Source: Heteronotia binoei
Lineage: Eukaryota
Length of the DNA stretch: 64,000 bases
Assembly (NCBI RefSeq): GCF_032191835.1
Contig: NC_083225.1
Location: forward strand, 41,044,001-41,108,000
Direction of reading: 5' to 3'
Below are positions 13,679-26,452 of this stretch, one piece after another. Every line of letters begins with the position of its first letter. The stretch's first letter is position 1. The notes below the pieces were generated by a model, which saw only the letters and a program-made list of their open reading frames with translations, did not search any database and was not told the DNA's origin. Position numbers and translations under genes: made by a program.

Positions 13679-14197
13679 TTTTTTTTAAAAAATGGAACAT
13701 GTTTAGTTTGCCATAGGAATTACATTGACTAGACCACTGGCTGCTTGCTGTGTGTTACTGAGTCTGAATGCATGCACATTTAAGGATTTCTGTCTGTGCA
13801 GGTGCCACTGATTATACTCACTGTGCTGGTACTTAAAGGGATTTCCACCAAGTACTATGTTTCCAGTGTTTGTTTTTCCACCAAGCAATTGTACACGTCT
13901 GAACAATCTGCAAGAGCCCAGAGTTGTGTGAAGACCAAGACAAGGATGCTGGCCCTGCCCCAGCATTGTCTTTTTTGAAAGGCCAATGCATCTTCCTCAA
14001 CTCCACTTATGTGCAGTGACCAATACAACTGTCCACTTATGTGGAGTGGCCCTCTGCAGACCTCTCTGCCTGATACACAATTCTGCCTTTCTTTTCTCTG
14101 CTGCCAGATGCCTCCCTGAACCTGTTAGTAATACTGCCTGCTGTCTGTGGCTGCTGAATTCCTTCCTCTCTGCACTGTGGAAATAAGAGTTTTAACT

Positions 14198-14418
14198 GCC
14201 TGCATGGGCCAAGCTAGCCCAATCTCATCAGATCTCGGAAGCTAAGCAGGGTTGGCCTTGTCTAGTATTTGGATGGCAGACCATCAAGGAATTCCAGGGT
14301 TGGTAAGCAGAGGCAAGCAGCGGTAACCACCTCTGAGTCTGAATGTCTCTTTCCTTGAGAAACCCCATTGAATGACCATAAACCTCCTGCAACTTGATGG
14401 CATTTTCTGTCACCACCA
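14198..14418 (+). mobile_element. 5S rRNA-derived SINE (SINE3-like) with RTE-like tail
   Basis: Head cccaatctcatcagatctcggaagctaagcagggttggccttgtctagtatttggatggcagacc aligns to 5S rRNA including box A/IE/C region, then a non-5S body ending (cac)n. Confidence 0.85.
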
Positions 14419-16183
14419 AGATCGGTATCCTCCTGGATTAGGCGAGGTGTTCAGTCCTTCAAATTTGATTCACATTGGTTGGAAAACAAAGTCGTGAAAT
14501 TGCAGCTAGAATTTTTCTTTGGAAACCCATGGAAATAAAAAAAGTTGATGTACAAATAAGTGAAAATTTGGCAACAAAAAAAAATAAAACAATCCCTGAA
14601 ACTTCAGCTTCTCTGTAAATTTTGTTTTCTGGTACAAAGAGCCGGAACTCCCATGTGCAACAATTGCATGCTCTGTGCCAAGGCTGCAGCAAAAAGCTTT
14701 CCAGATGGAAAGCCTGTGGTTGCTGGAACTTTAGAGGGGTTATTTTAAACACTTTTTAAGTCAGTTTAAGAAAGACTTCCCTTCTGCAGTAGCAGATCTA
14801 TCCTTTCTGACTTTATGGGAAATTTACTAACCATTAATTAAAACGTATGTTAGGTACGTTTCTCTAACTTCTCTAGCTTGGCTGTGTATTGTCCCTAATT
14901 AGTGTTTCAGTTTGAGGCTGGTGAGTAGTAATTTTATTGGTTTCATCCCCAAGCTTTTCCAGATGATCTGTCACTTTTCTCCAGCCTTCAAACTTTGATG
15001 TCTATTAGCGGACTTGTAACTAGCCATCTAGGGTTTCCTTTTCTTAAGAGCCAAGCTTTAATGATTCTAATGATACTTTTTCCAAATTTAACTTTAGAAT
15101 CAGGAGAGTCTGCAGATGTCTTTGTTTTTTTGCCATCCTTTAAAATGGTGTCTCTCTTCTTCCTCTTGTAATATATCTTTTTAGAGGGAGAAAGTTAGCT
15201 GGATGATCCATTTACTTGTCGTTCCTTCACAGTGTCCAGAAAGTTCTGTGTCCACTATTATGTCTTTGCATTTAGCCTTCTCTTTAAGTTTCTGCATTGT
15301 TTGTAAAGGAAACCTTCTCAAAATATCCTGTAGAACTGGCAGTCTCACAGCTCAGTTTTCATTGATAAGATCTTAGCCTCTTGTTTCATACGTCAAAGCA
15401 CAGAGGGCTGTTGTGGACACTGGTCTTTTAAACTAGTTCATTTGGTAGGAGCATTGGGTTATAAATGTGGGGCAGTTCTTTCCTGCCTTCACCTTACTGT
15501 TGCAGGCCCATGCACCTCCTGCACCACAACCCATCCCTTTTCAGCCTTCTCTGAAAAACTGTTGTAGGACCCTTGGGAATGGTGTAGGGCACAGTGTGGG
15601 AGAGTTACAACTGGAGGTTGAAACAGAAATCGTGGCTGTGTCCTTGCTCAAATGTTGCACTTGAACGAGGGTTTGTAAGGAAAAGAACAATCCTTAGTTT
15701 GGTGGAAACATAATGGTAAAATCTGTGGCTTTCCTCCATTGACCTCTCTAATAGATTATCAGAATGGAGAACATGGAGGCTTAGCGCTAGTGTGCTTCCC
15801 TAGCCCTGAAACAGGGTTCTAGGCTTTATCTTTACTGCATTTCTAGACTTCCCCTCTTTATGTTTATTATCATTTCATGTTAGAGCAGCAGATAACTGAA
15901 TAAAAAAATGTCATAACCAACAATGCCAATGGCATGCTGCTGGTACCCTCCCCCCCCCAAAAGTTAGTTGTTTTGTAAACAAACCTTGGAGAATTCTTAG
16001 GCTTTTGTCTTGCCCCTCCTTTGCCTTGATATTTAAATTCTTATTGAGGCAAAGTGTAGAGTTCTCGTGGATTCTAATGGAACTGAGCACTACTGTATCA
16101 AGGTTTTGTGTGCCTGGGCTTGCAGAATTTAAATTCTCATAAATTCTTGTGTTCCTCATTTTAAAGACCTGTAGCCTTTAAGA

Positions 16184-16377
16184 CTTTCCTGATGCTAGGA
16201 AAGACAGAAGGCAAAAGAAGAATGGGTCGGCAAAAGATGAGATGGCTGGACAGTGTTACTGATGTAACAAACATGAATTTGGGCAGACTTCGGAGGATGG
16301 TGGAAGACAGGAGGGCCTGGTGTGACTTTGTCCATGGGGTCTCAAAGATCGGACTCGACTGTGTGACTGAACAACAA
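16184..16377 (+). mobile_element. BovB (RTE) LINE 3' end, 5'-truncated
   Basis: Encodes MLGKTEGKRRMGRQKMRWLDSVTDVTNMNLGRLRRMVEDRRAWCDFVHGVSK (BovB ORF C-terminus); (caa)n tail; TSD AGCCTTTAAGA / AGCCCTTAAGA. Confidence 0.92.
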
Positions 16378-19300
16378 AGCCCTTAAGATGGAAGAAAATT
16401 GTGACCAGATGCACAGCCTGAAACCAGTCTCTTTTCACTCTCTCTCAGCCTGTGAAGGTGGCAGCAGTTGGTCAGCTAAACATTTGACTAAAAATGGCTG
16501 CTTACCCATAGTCTACTTGCCCCAAGCAACCACCTCAGTGCAAATTGCAAGCTTGATCTCAGAAAGAAAGTATACAGTACTGATATGTACTCTAAGAGGA
16601 CTTCAGCCAATGCTTGCAGACATATCTATATGTGGATTCCAGCGCTGCTACCTTCTGTTGCTCTAAGTGATGGGCTTTCTGCCTTTCCCTCTCTTCCAGT
16701 TCATATTTCCCTCTCAGATGTCTCCTGCTGGCCTCCTCTTCCAACCTTTCTTTCTTGTGTCCTCTTCTTCCCTGGCTCTGCTGCCTTTCTTAAGCCCCTG
16801 CCTTTTTTCTCTTTCCTTAAGCCTTTCTGTCTGTTCCAACCGGCCTCTGTGACATCAGCGCAGCTCAACCAGTTAAAGCCAGAGATTCACCCCAACAAAA
16901 TTTCATTGTGCAGTATTAGACTAAGACATACACATATTCTGTGCTGTTAGGTAAATTATGGTAAGGCATCTGATGCTGAATGTTTACTAGTGATAAACCT
17001 CTGTATTTATCCGATGTAAATGAGGCTAATAGTTGATATTCAGTTTAACCTAGCGATTACAGGGCAGCAATGTTTTTGTAAATTAATGAAAATTGTGAAT
17101 AAATCCACCTTCAATGTCTACTGCTTGTTGTAAGTTCACTGAATGTGTGAATAAGCTTGCTGTATGTTTACTGAAGGTTTTGGCTAGATATCGATCAATG
17201 TTGAATATGGTTGGATTCTTTTACGTGAGCATTTGCCACTGTAAATATAAAGGAATTCACTATCACATGGGGTTTTTCTCTACCCTTTCCCCTCCCACTT
17301 GTCGATTGCCACCCTTCTTTCTGCTGGCAGACTCTTTGCCAATGTTTTTTAAAAAGAAACCAGTAGAAGGTAGTAATGGCTACTACCATGTTTTAAAATG
17401 GAAAATGCTAATGTCAGGGTGGTTGATGCAAAGGTAAATGGGAGGATATGACTTTAGATTTGGGAGGGGCAATACCAAAATCAGCACTTTCCTGTGTAGG
17501 TTCTAACCTGCTTTGGGTGTGCTTGTCTTGAAAAAATCCGACCAAAGGAGGTCTGGAAAAATCTCAGCACCCAGCCCAGAAAAACCTAGAAGGAGGATCT
17601 GTACTGGTGATCTGACCCTGCTCTGTTATGAGCATTGTGCTATATTTGGAAACTGTTGCATTTTCTTTCTTGACAAATATGAGTGGTTCATGCCTCACTG
17701 CCATGTAATAGGGTACAGATAGAGCAGCTGCTTTGTCTTAATGGTCCATTTGGTCTTTTTCATGACATGCTTTTATTCCTTTTATGGTGCAAGAATTATT
17801 TGCTCCTTGTGACAAATAATCACTCCAAAAGAACAGAAATTAATATCTTAAAAGAAGCATTGGGTAGGGCTGAGTGCTTCCTTGTTCCTTAAATGCAAAG
17901 ATTATTTCCATGCTAACCTTGGTGGAAAAGATTGGCAATATATTTGTGAAAGATCATCCTTGACTTTTTAACAGGCTGTCCAAAGTAGTAATTCTCAACA
18001 GAAGTTATCTGATCAAGACTTTAGCCAAGCAGTTGTCTACCGCTCACAACCTGATCTGATAGAAAACATGATTCTTCCCAGCTCCCATGGCAATGTTGGG
18101 AATATGGGGGAGGGGCCAATATGTCAGTGACAAATGCAGTTCTGTTTTACACTCCCATCTGATTGCAAAAACTATTAGATGCAGATCTTTGGATGGAATA
18201 GTATTGATGTGGAAGTGATCCCATGAGCTTAAGAAGCTTTGGGCAGACAACAAGTCTTCTCAGGAATCTTGCTGGAATCTGACTATGGCAGATGCTGAAA
18301 TCAACAAGAGTAACTTATATTGATTGGTCTTTGAGAAATACAGAGAACAATGATTATATGAACTATTGATTCCCTGACTTTGAAGCCTCAGCATATCTCA
18401 GGAGATGCTTGATCAAAATGGTGATATCTTCCATAGCTGATTTCCATGTTGAGCTGAGAAGGGAGATTTCATGATACTTGTTGAAGGTTCACTTTTCTGA
18501 GACAGGGTGATACTGGAGTGGGTCCAGCCAGCTTTTTCTGGTAATAAAAAAGGGGAGGCCCCTTTAGACTTCACAGAAAGATTATGTTGGGACCCGCATG
18601 GACGAAAGCCATGTGAGATAGGAGCTGTAGTAAGGAGAGGAGGTGGACAAGATGCAGCAGGAAATCTGGTTGGGTCCATGCTGATAGTAACACCGTTCAT
18701 ATCATTTTGAACTGTGGAAATTCAATGTAGGTTGGTCATTTCACACATAAGCTGCTAAACTGAGATGCTGTCCTTTCCACATTTCTTCTGATTGTTAAGG
18801 AATCAGCAAAGGCATAGCCTTAACTTATATTAACTTATATTGGCATAGCCTTTGCTGATTTGCACAGTGTCTTGCTGAATTCTGCTCTGTTCGCTTTACT
18901 TCATTTGAGCTCGTCACCTGTTCTTGGTGTTGCATTAATGTTGTAATAGGTCACCTTCTTTGGCTCAATAACTGGCATAGTATCACTGAACAAACATTGG
19001 CTTTTGCACATTCTGTTTGTCCCAAAGATAGTTATGATTGTCTTCATATGTTCACTTCCTCTTAATAAATTGTAGTAGATTATTCTGAGCAATCACTATT
19101 TTTGCTGAAATATCCTTCTTCAGGCCACATATTTTTAATTAAATATATTATGGTACATATTTATGCATTTACATATTTTACTTTCCAGTCTTTCATGTCC
19201 GTAATGAGAATTCCAGTGTACAATGAGTTGAAAAGTGAATTCTATTTAGATTACCAGGGTAAATACCCAATTTCATTGCCAAATGCTGTCACTGAGTTTA

Positions 19301-21642
19301 TCCATTTCAGCAATTTCCAAAATTTTAATTAGCTTTTTAAATTATTGGAGCAACTCAAGAAATCTCCCCCCTCCCCCCAGTCAGGGCCTATCCATTGGAG
19401 GCTGCTACACTGTCAGTCATCTGGGAATATTCTTGGGAGTTAGTATAACTCTGCCTCATATTGTCATGAGAACATAACACATATTGTGCTGAAAAGACAA
19501 AAATACATAACATATGTAATGTGGATAAAAATTGTACCTGACCCAAAGTTAATGCTGAAAAGAAAATCTTAAGTGTTTAATTTGTACTTCGAATAGTTTA
19601 TTTCAACAAATTAATCAAAGTCTCAATAAAACAGTCACTAAGATGAACATGCATAGATAGAATTTCAGGAGAATATGAATGCCTTGTTAGTTGAGATACT
19701 ATTGAGTATTTTTTTTTCCATTATGGCCTATCTTCTTTTCCTCCTGTCTTCCTCCCCCGCACATACTTTGTACAAAGGAAGTATATTGACGCAATAGACA
19801 ATGTTTATGAAGACAAAGATTTCTTTTGAAGAATTGATTAAATAAATGTTTGTAAGTGTTTTGAGAATAAATTGTGCAAATATTTTGGTTTCCAGAGAGG
19901 CTTCATCCTAGTTTGATGGTTAACAATAAAAGTTGACTCCACAGTGGAGTATTGTATTTCACATTGGGGTGATGATTCATGGAAAAAGGATGACAAAACT
20001 AAATAATTAAAATGCTTTTGCAGAGATTTCAATAATTTCCCAAAACATAGTTTTGAGGGTGTAGTAGTCTTAAAGGCACATCAAAAAAGCAATAACAAAT
20101 TAACATCCTGTACAAATAAACTATTTTTCTCAAAGCATTGGTACTTGATAAGTTGGAAAATGTTAGTAGGAATGAATTGCTTTCATTGGACATGGCAGAA
20201 TTGTGCTCATCTCTAAATACTGTGATTAAACTTGACATAGTGAAGCATATCATGTTGGAGGCAAAATGAACTGATCCCAGAGGTAGTTTCTAAACAGCAC
20301 AATCAAATCCCCATTTCTGGATGACGTTTATTCTTTTCTTTTTCTTTTAAAAAAGGTGCTGATTTCAGTGATGTCATTAAAGTTGTCAGGCTGTCTTAAA
20401 ATATGGTGCTGTAAACAAACTCCAAATGCACAGAGGGCTAATTATGGGTGCCATCTGTTTATTTTTACTAATTTTTTTTACAAGGCCCACTGCAAGGATA
20501 TTACAATAGACGAAAACGTTCTCCTCCAATTAATGTACTTGAAGGAGTATATCTGTCTTGTTCAATGACCTTTTCCTGTGTCACAAAATACATGTGCTAT
20601 GACATCTCCTGATAGAGAAACCTCCCTTCACAAAGGTTTCTTCAGACATATCGCTCCAGCCTCAAAAACATTTTACATTCTTTAAAAAGCCCTAATAACG
20701 GTAGGGTAGTTGTCTATTTAAAGCACATATGCAGATGGTTTAGTGCACTCATGTTATAGAACTTTTGCTGCAAAGTTCCTGAACTTGTTCCTTTTCCCCC
20801 TTTCTTTTGGAGTGCACCTTATTTCATGGTTTGTCCATGTTGAATAAGTTGCCTTTGCTTGGCTAAAATACACATGTGTATAAATCGAGTTTGAGAGAGA
20901 GAGCGCGAGAGAGACTTGTGCACTGGCTCTCATTCTTGGTTTCACAGTGAATGAGGGGGGTATTCCCCTGACAGCATCATCCTGAGCTGTTAGCAACTAT
21001 TTGCTGAGAGCACGCAGTGATTCTACTGGTCCAGCTCAGCTATTGTGCATGCTAAGCACTACACAGATAAGTCTGGAGGGGGAGGGAAAAAAAAACCTGA
21101 AGGATCCATCTGTTCATTTCTGCTACACTGCACTGATGTAAGATTACGCTAATCTGGTTGCTTGTCAGGACAGGTTAGTGAAAGCAGGCGTGTGGGTGAG
21201 ATTTAGGCTAGTCTAGTTGTATGGAAGAGTGTGGGCTACTCCTGTACATGCCATGTTAAATGTAGCAGAAATGGGTTGATTATCAGCTGGCTACTTTGCA
21301 GTTTCAGTTAAAATATTTTGTATTTCTAGATTAAAATTTTTAGTCTCAAGCTTTTTTTCTTTTTCTTAAAAGTCCTCCAAACGTTTGGAAACAAGTTAAG
21401 CCTTCATTAGGGTTTAACATATAAAGTGTCATGACTTGCTCACAATTTTATTTTGCTTTGTTTTTAGGTGTGTGTGTGTTGCCACATGCCTTGAATTTGG
21501 GGCTTGTTCTTTTTTTTACGCCCAAAAGCATAACTATTATTGTAAATCATCCCTTTTTTGCATTTCTAGTATTTTTTTGTTTGGTGTCCAAGAATTGGAG
21601 GAGGGGCAGGGGATTTAGTTGTTTGTGTTACCTACTGACTGA

Positions 21643-21834
<192 letters not shown>

Positions 21835-23056
21835 TAGCTGTGTAAGAACCTGTAAATGCCAGAAAGCAACTAGATTTTTGCTTTGAGTTTCATCTGTTGC
21901 ATGTAGCATAACTGACAGAGCCTTTTTCACCCTGCCATTATGCAAACATTTTCAAAGTTGGAAAAATATATGCCTTTGGAAGAAAAGCATTCAACAGTTA
22001 TTTCATTTTCAAGCACAGTTTCATAGTGTTTGAACAGTGATTTTCGTATGGCCTTACCTTATCTTGGATTTAGTGTTTAAACTGATCTGGAAATGACAAG
22101 TGATGCCTGTACTTTTCACTATTTATAGATAAGATAGCCATTAACTATTTTTTTAAAAAAACCTCCTGTTCTTTTAAGTTTAACTGATGGAACTCTTGCT
22201 CTTCAGTTGAGATCTGAAATCAAGACTTCTTATCTGCTTTTTTCCATGTTCATTTCAGAATACGAATGCTGCTATGGTGGGCAGTAATTCTCAATTTGGC
22301 TAAGGCTACACTTCACCCCCACCCTCCTTCAGTGACTGTAGTCCTTTTTTTCTTTGAGCTGTGTTGCCTTTCTCACCCTGGCAACACCTTTTTCTGAGTA
22401 TGTGTAGTGATCCTTAGCGTTCATAGCACAGCTGCAGTATCACAAGACTATAGTTAAAAAACAATAACAGTCAAACAATACATGAGGATTTTGCATATTG
22501 CTGGTAGTTCTGGTATTTCTGTACCAATTCCATATGCAACATAGTGTCTTATAAAAATTCTTCCAATAACATTTAATGCCTAGGATTTTTAATTTGTAGT
22601 AGAATCCAGCTCTTTCACACTGTGCTGCAAAACCTTTATGCCGTGTGTTGTGCCTTAAATAACTTGCTGTTCGTGAATATTTGGGATGTGTTGGAGCTTG
22701 AGTAAAACTCCACAACTACTTGTCTGGTTTCTTTCTTTTTGAGGAGGGTTTCTTTCTTTTTGTGTTGTGTGTTTTTGTTCTCTGTCCATGCCCTTACTAT
22801 TGTGTCCTCTCTTAGAAAGATTGCCCTTGGTTTAATAAAGGCACAGCAGGAAGGTTTTAGCTTTAACAAACCTTCCACGTCTTGAATGGAAGAAGCAAAT
22901 TCATATCCCCCCCCAAAATAAGTCATTTTGGAAACAAAATATAGTTGGTTCAAAATTTAAAGTGGAGGAAACTGCTAGCTTCCCAGTGACTTAACCTCGC
23001 TTCCTGTGCTTTGTCTTACTAAGTTAATACCACCCTGCATTTGAATTTCATTTCAG

Positions 23057-23131
23057 GATCCCTACAAATCTTTTGGACTGCCATCTATTGGTAGGTTGTC
23101 TCAGTACAAAGAGCCGCTGCATGTGCCCCAC
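23057..23131 (+). CDS. PCCA: PCCA exon 14, 75 nt: [25 protein letters not shown]
   Basis: tttcag|G acceptor, CAC|gtaagt donor; matches human [25 protein letters not shown]. Confidence 0.97.
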
Positions 23132-25427
23132 GTAAGTAATTCTGATGCTTCCTTCCTCCTCGTTTTCACAGATGCTAAGAAACCACAGATCTCATTGAGT
23201 TCAATAGGTGTTCAGCACCCTCTTAAACCGGTCACCTTAAAATGCTTTTGTTAAACGAAAGAAGAGGAAGTTAATTTTATTAGCTTGCTGTACTTGGAAA
23301 TAAGATATATGAGCCTTGGGTATATAAAAACAACAACAGACCTAGTAAGCATTCTGTACCTTCTTTCTAGCTTTTTTGGGTACATATTATGCATCCTGTT
23401 TTGAAAAAGATTAGCAGTTATAACCAGGAGAATCATGGCAAAAGAGAAAATGTAGGCAATGTCAGATTGCCCACTGCTGCAAACTGCTAAATGCCCGAAC
23501 GAGGAGCAGTCCTATTTGTTTAGCTTTCAAGCTTTTAAAGCCAAATGCAATTTGCTACAGTTGACGAAAAGTGATCATTACATATCTCGGTGTTGTAGAC
23601 TGTCCGTTTAGAGTGGTTGTTTAACAACCAGTACAAAAAGGGACAATGGCATCTCTTCTCTTCTGTATAATCAAGGTAGTCAAAGTAATAAGTGCGTATA
23701 TATGGCATGGTGTCGGTGTTGTGAAATGACAAGCCAATACCGTCTGTGAATATGATTATTTACCATGATTGCTTGCATGGGGAAAAATGGTGAAAGATTA
23801 CAGGCGGAATCCTAAATTTGGTGATGTTATTGGATATAGGATTTATTTCACTTCTTAAATTGTTTTTGCCCATATGCTTCCTAGAGAGGACCTGACCCTT
23901 TCTAGGGCTTTAAGGCTTCATGCTGTGTTCAAAGCTTAGACCAGAAATACAAATTGTCAAGGTTTAGCAGGCACTATGTGATGTTGAATGGAAGAAGGGT
24001 GGGGGGAACTGCTATTACCTAGAGAATGTATCTTAAGCATATTTAATGAAACCCAAATGAACTAAGAAAGAATTTTCAGTAATTACTCCAGGGGCAGGTT
24101 GAGGGTTTTCACCATGTTATAATAGCTAACAGGATGTCAGATATTTTGCCCTCGCAAGTTTTTGCAATTTGCAATTTTCTAAACATGAGACCTGTTGAAA
24201 GTACAAGTGATAATGGACAAACTGTACCCCCTACAGTCTTTGTCCCACCAAATCTTTCTTCAATTAATGCTGCAGCAGGAGTTTTATGTAATAACATTTG
24301 CACTTGTGAGCCATCCAGAGAAAGAAAAAACAATTAAAATGCCTTAAATGTTCTGCTTACTGCTGTTATTTGCTTGTGCGAATGTTGCATGTCAGCTAAA
24401 TGGACCACGGAATAGATAAAGTGATTGGGTACAAGAGAGTGCATACTAAGCTTTGTCTATCATTATTGCTGGAAGCAATCAAATTGATGCCAGCAGGACA
24501 GTAGATGCGTTGACAGCTGTAATTATGTATCTCCATGGTGATCACTTTTGGCCTGTCATGGAGGCCCACGAGTCCCCTCCTTTGCAAGCATTTAATCAGA
24601 TTGGGCTGTCACTTGTCAGGTAGACATGGCGGGTTGGGAGTTGTGCTTAGGGGGAGAGGTGAATTGAAAATGAAGGGTGGGAGAGAGATTCACGTGGCCC
24701 ATCATAGTACTGAAAGAAGAAATTTTAATTATTGTGGAAGCCTAAGACCACTGGTTTTGAGGATCACATACAGAGTGGCTGGGCTGTTATCGTCCTGTGG
24801 ACTCCTGCCATCTTGTTAAAAATAGAGCAGCTATTTTTATTTAGCAAGTGGGGTTTGCTTGTTTTTTTCTGTAGCAGAAACTTTTGAAATTGAGAGATTA
24901 ATGCAACAGGTTGGGAGAATTTTATAATTTTAAAATGATTCAGTCCAGAAACTTGAATAATACAGTGCAAGTTGTCTTTTAGCATTTTCCTTTAAAGAGA
25001 TATGTGGTGAGGAAAAAGTACACTTTTTTTTTTGGCTCAGTCTTCTTATTGACATAGAAGTGTTGTCATTTTATCATGATTTTATAAAAAGATGGTTGAC
25101 TTGTTTTAGGCTGGACAGTATGTAGCAGAAGGAAGGAATTTATTAGAAATTATTTCTGTTAGCCATTCTTTCAGTACCAAGCTACTGAACAGTTTTGCTT
25201 ACTTATCTGGGGGTAACATAGCTTTTCTGTTTGGCAGAGTTCAGCCCTAGTGCATATCAAGCAATAAGAAAGAAAAGATTACAGAGAAGAAGCATGTTTT
25301 AATCTGGAGCCTGGTTTTGCTTTACCATTGACTACCTAGTTCTCAGATGTCTGTGTTCAACATTGCCGTGCTATCATGTTCACACAGAAGTAAGTCCCAT
25401 TGTATTCATTGGGACTTACACACATTT

Positions 25428-25634
25428 GAACATATGAAGCTGCCTTATACTGAATCAGACCCTTGGTCCATCAATGTCAGTATTGTCTACTCAGACTGGC
25501 AGCGGCTCTCCAGGGTCTCAAGCTGAGGTTTTTCACACCTATTTGCCTGGACCCTTTTTTGGAGATGCCAGGGATTGAACCTGGGACCTTCTGCTTACCA
25601 AGCAGATGCTCTACCACTGAGCCACCGTCCCTCC
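25428..25634 (-). mobile_element. tRNA-headed SINE with CR1-like tail (Squam2-like)
   Basis: Reverse complement: ggtggctcagtggtagagcatctgcttggtaagcagaaggtcccaggttcaatccctggcatctcc, followed by ...gatggaccaagggtctgattcagtataaggcagcttcatatgt. Confidence 0.88.
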
Positions 25635-26258
25635 TGTGTTCTTAGGATCACAGCCTAGTGCCAGTCTTTCATTTTACTAAGTCCATTGAAGGCTTAGAAA
25701 GTATTAACTTTTGCTTAGGATGGAATTATAAGTGATTGAAAGAGTTTGAATCCTGGCACTTATTGGGGCCAGTACTTCTGTCTGTGGTGCAGAATTCCTT
25801 GTTTCATTTTTTTGTTTCCGCACAAATGCACTTCTTTTTCATTCTAATTAAAAAACCAGATGGACAATAGATACCTTGGTCTTGAACAACGGTCTCTCAA
25901 GTATATCAGAAGCAACATAGACTCCATATTGACATTTGAACTGCCACCCCTTTATGAACCAATCACTAACCATACAATTCAGACATATCTTCTTGATTTC
26001 TGATGGTCTTTAACCTTTATTTGTTGGTAAATCAAACCTTAAGTTCAGGGCTGCCAACAAAAAGGGGGCTGGAAGGACAAAATTCAGAGGGCCCAACATC
26101 AGTTATGAGGGATGCCAGCTGACACAGTAGAGTTTGGCTTCCATGGAATGCCTCTGCTCTTTATGCTGCCACCTTTCTTCTCCCCCCCCCACCCCCAACA
26201 CAAAATGAGAATAAGAGATGGATGCTGGGGATTGGCTCAGTTTCCTCAGCCTGCCCCG

Positions 26259-26452
26259 CAATGTTCCTTGTAAGCTGCAGAACCTTGTGAGCAAAGATTC
26301 TATTGTGTGAGCTACTGGTATTAAAGCTGTGAGCTACTGCATAAATTTTTGTGCTCTGGGGTCATTGTTCCTGAGCTAAGACAAAAATGTATGAGCTGGA
26401 GGCTAAAAATCTGTGAGCTAGCTCACACCAACTCAGTTTAGAGGGAACACTG
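26259..26452 (-). mobile_element. hAT MITE (CAGTGTTCCCTCTAAGCTG family)
   Basis: TIRs CAATGTTCC / GGGAACACTG; flanks CTGCCCCG / TTGCCCCC; relatives at 29537-29728 and ~33808-33988. Confidence 0.82.

Noticed and set aside
14220-14285. 5S rRNA gene
   Set aside because: The match is partial and diverged and runs into a SINE body and tail shared by four copies
25560-25634. tRNA gene on the minus strand
   Set aside because: It is the head of a SINE and is followed directly by a CR1-like tail
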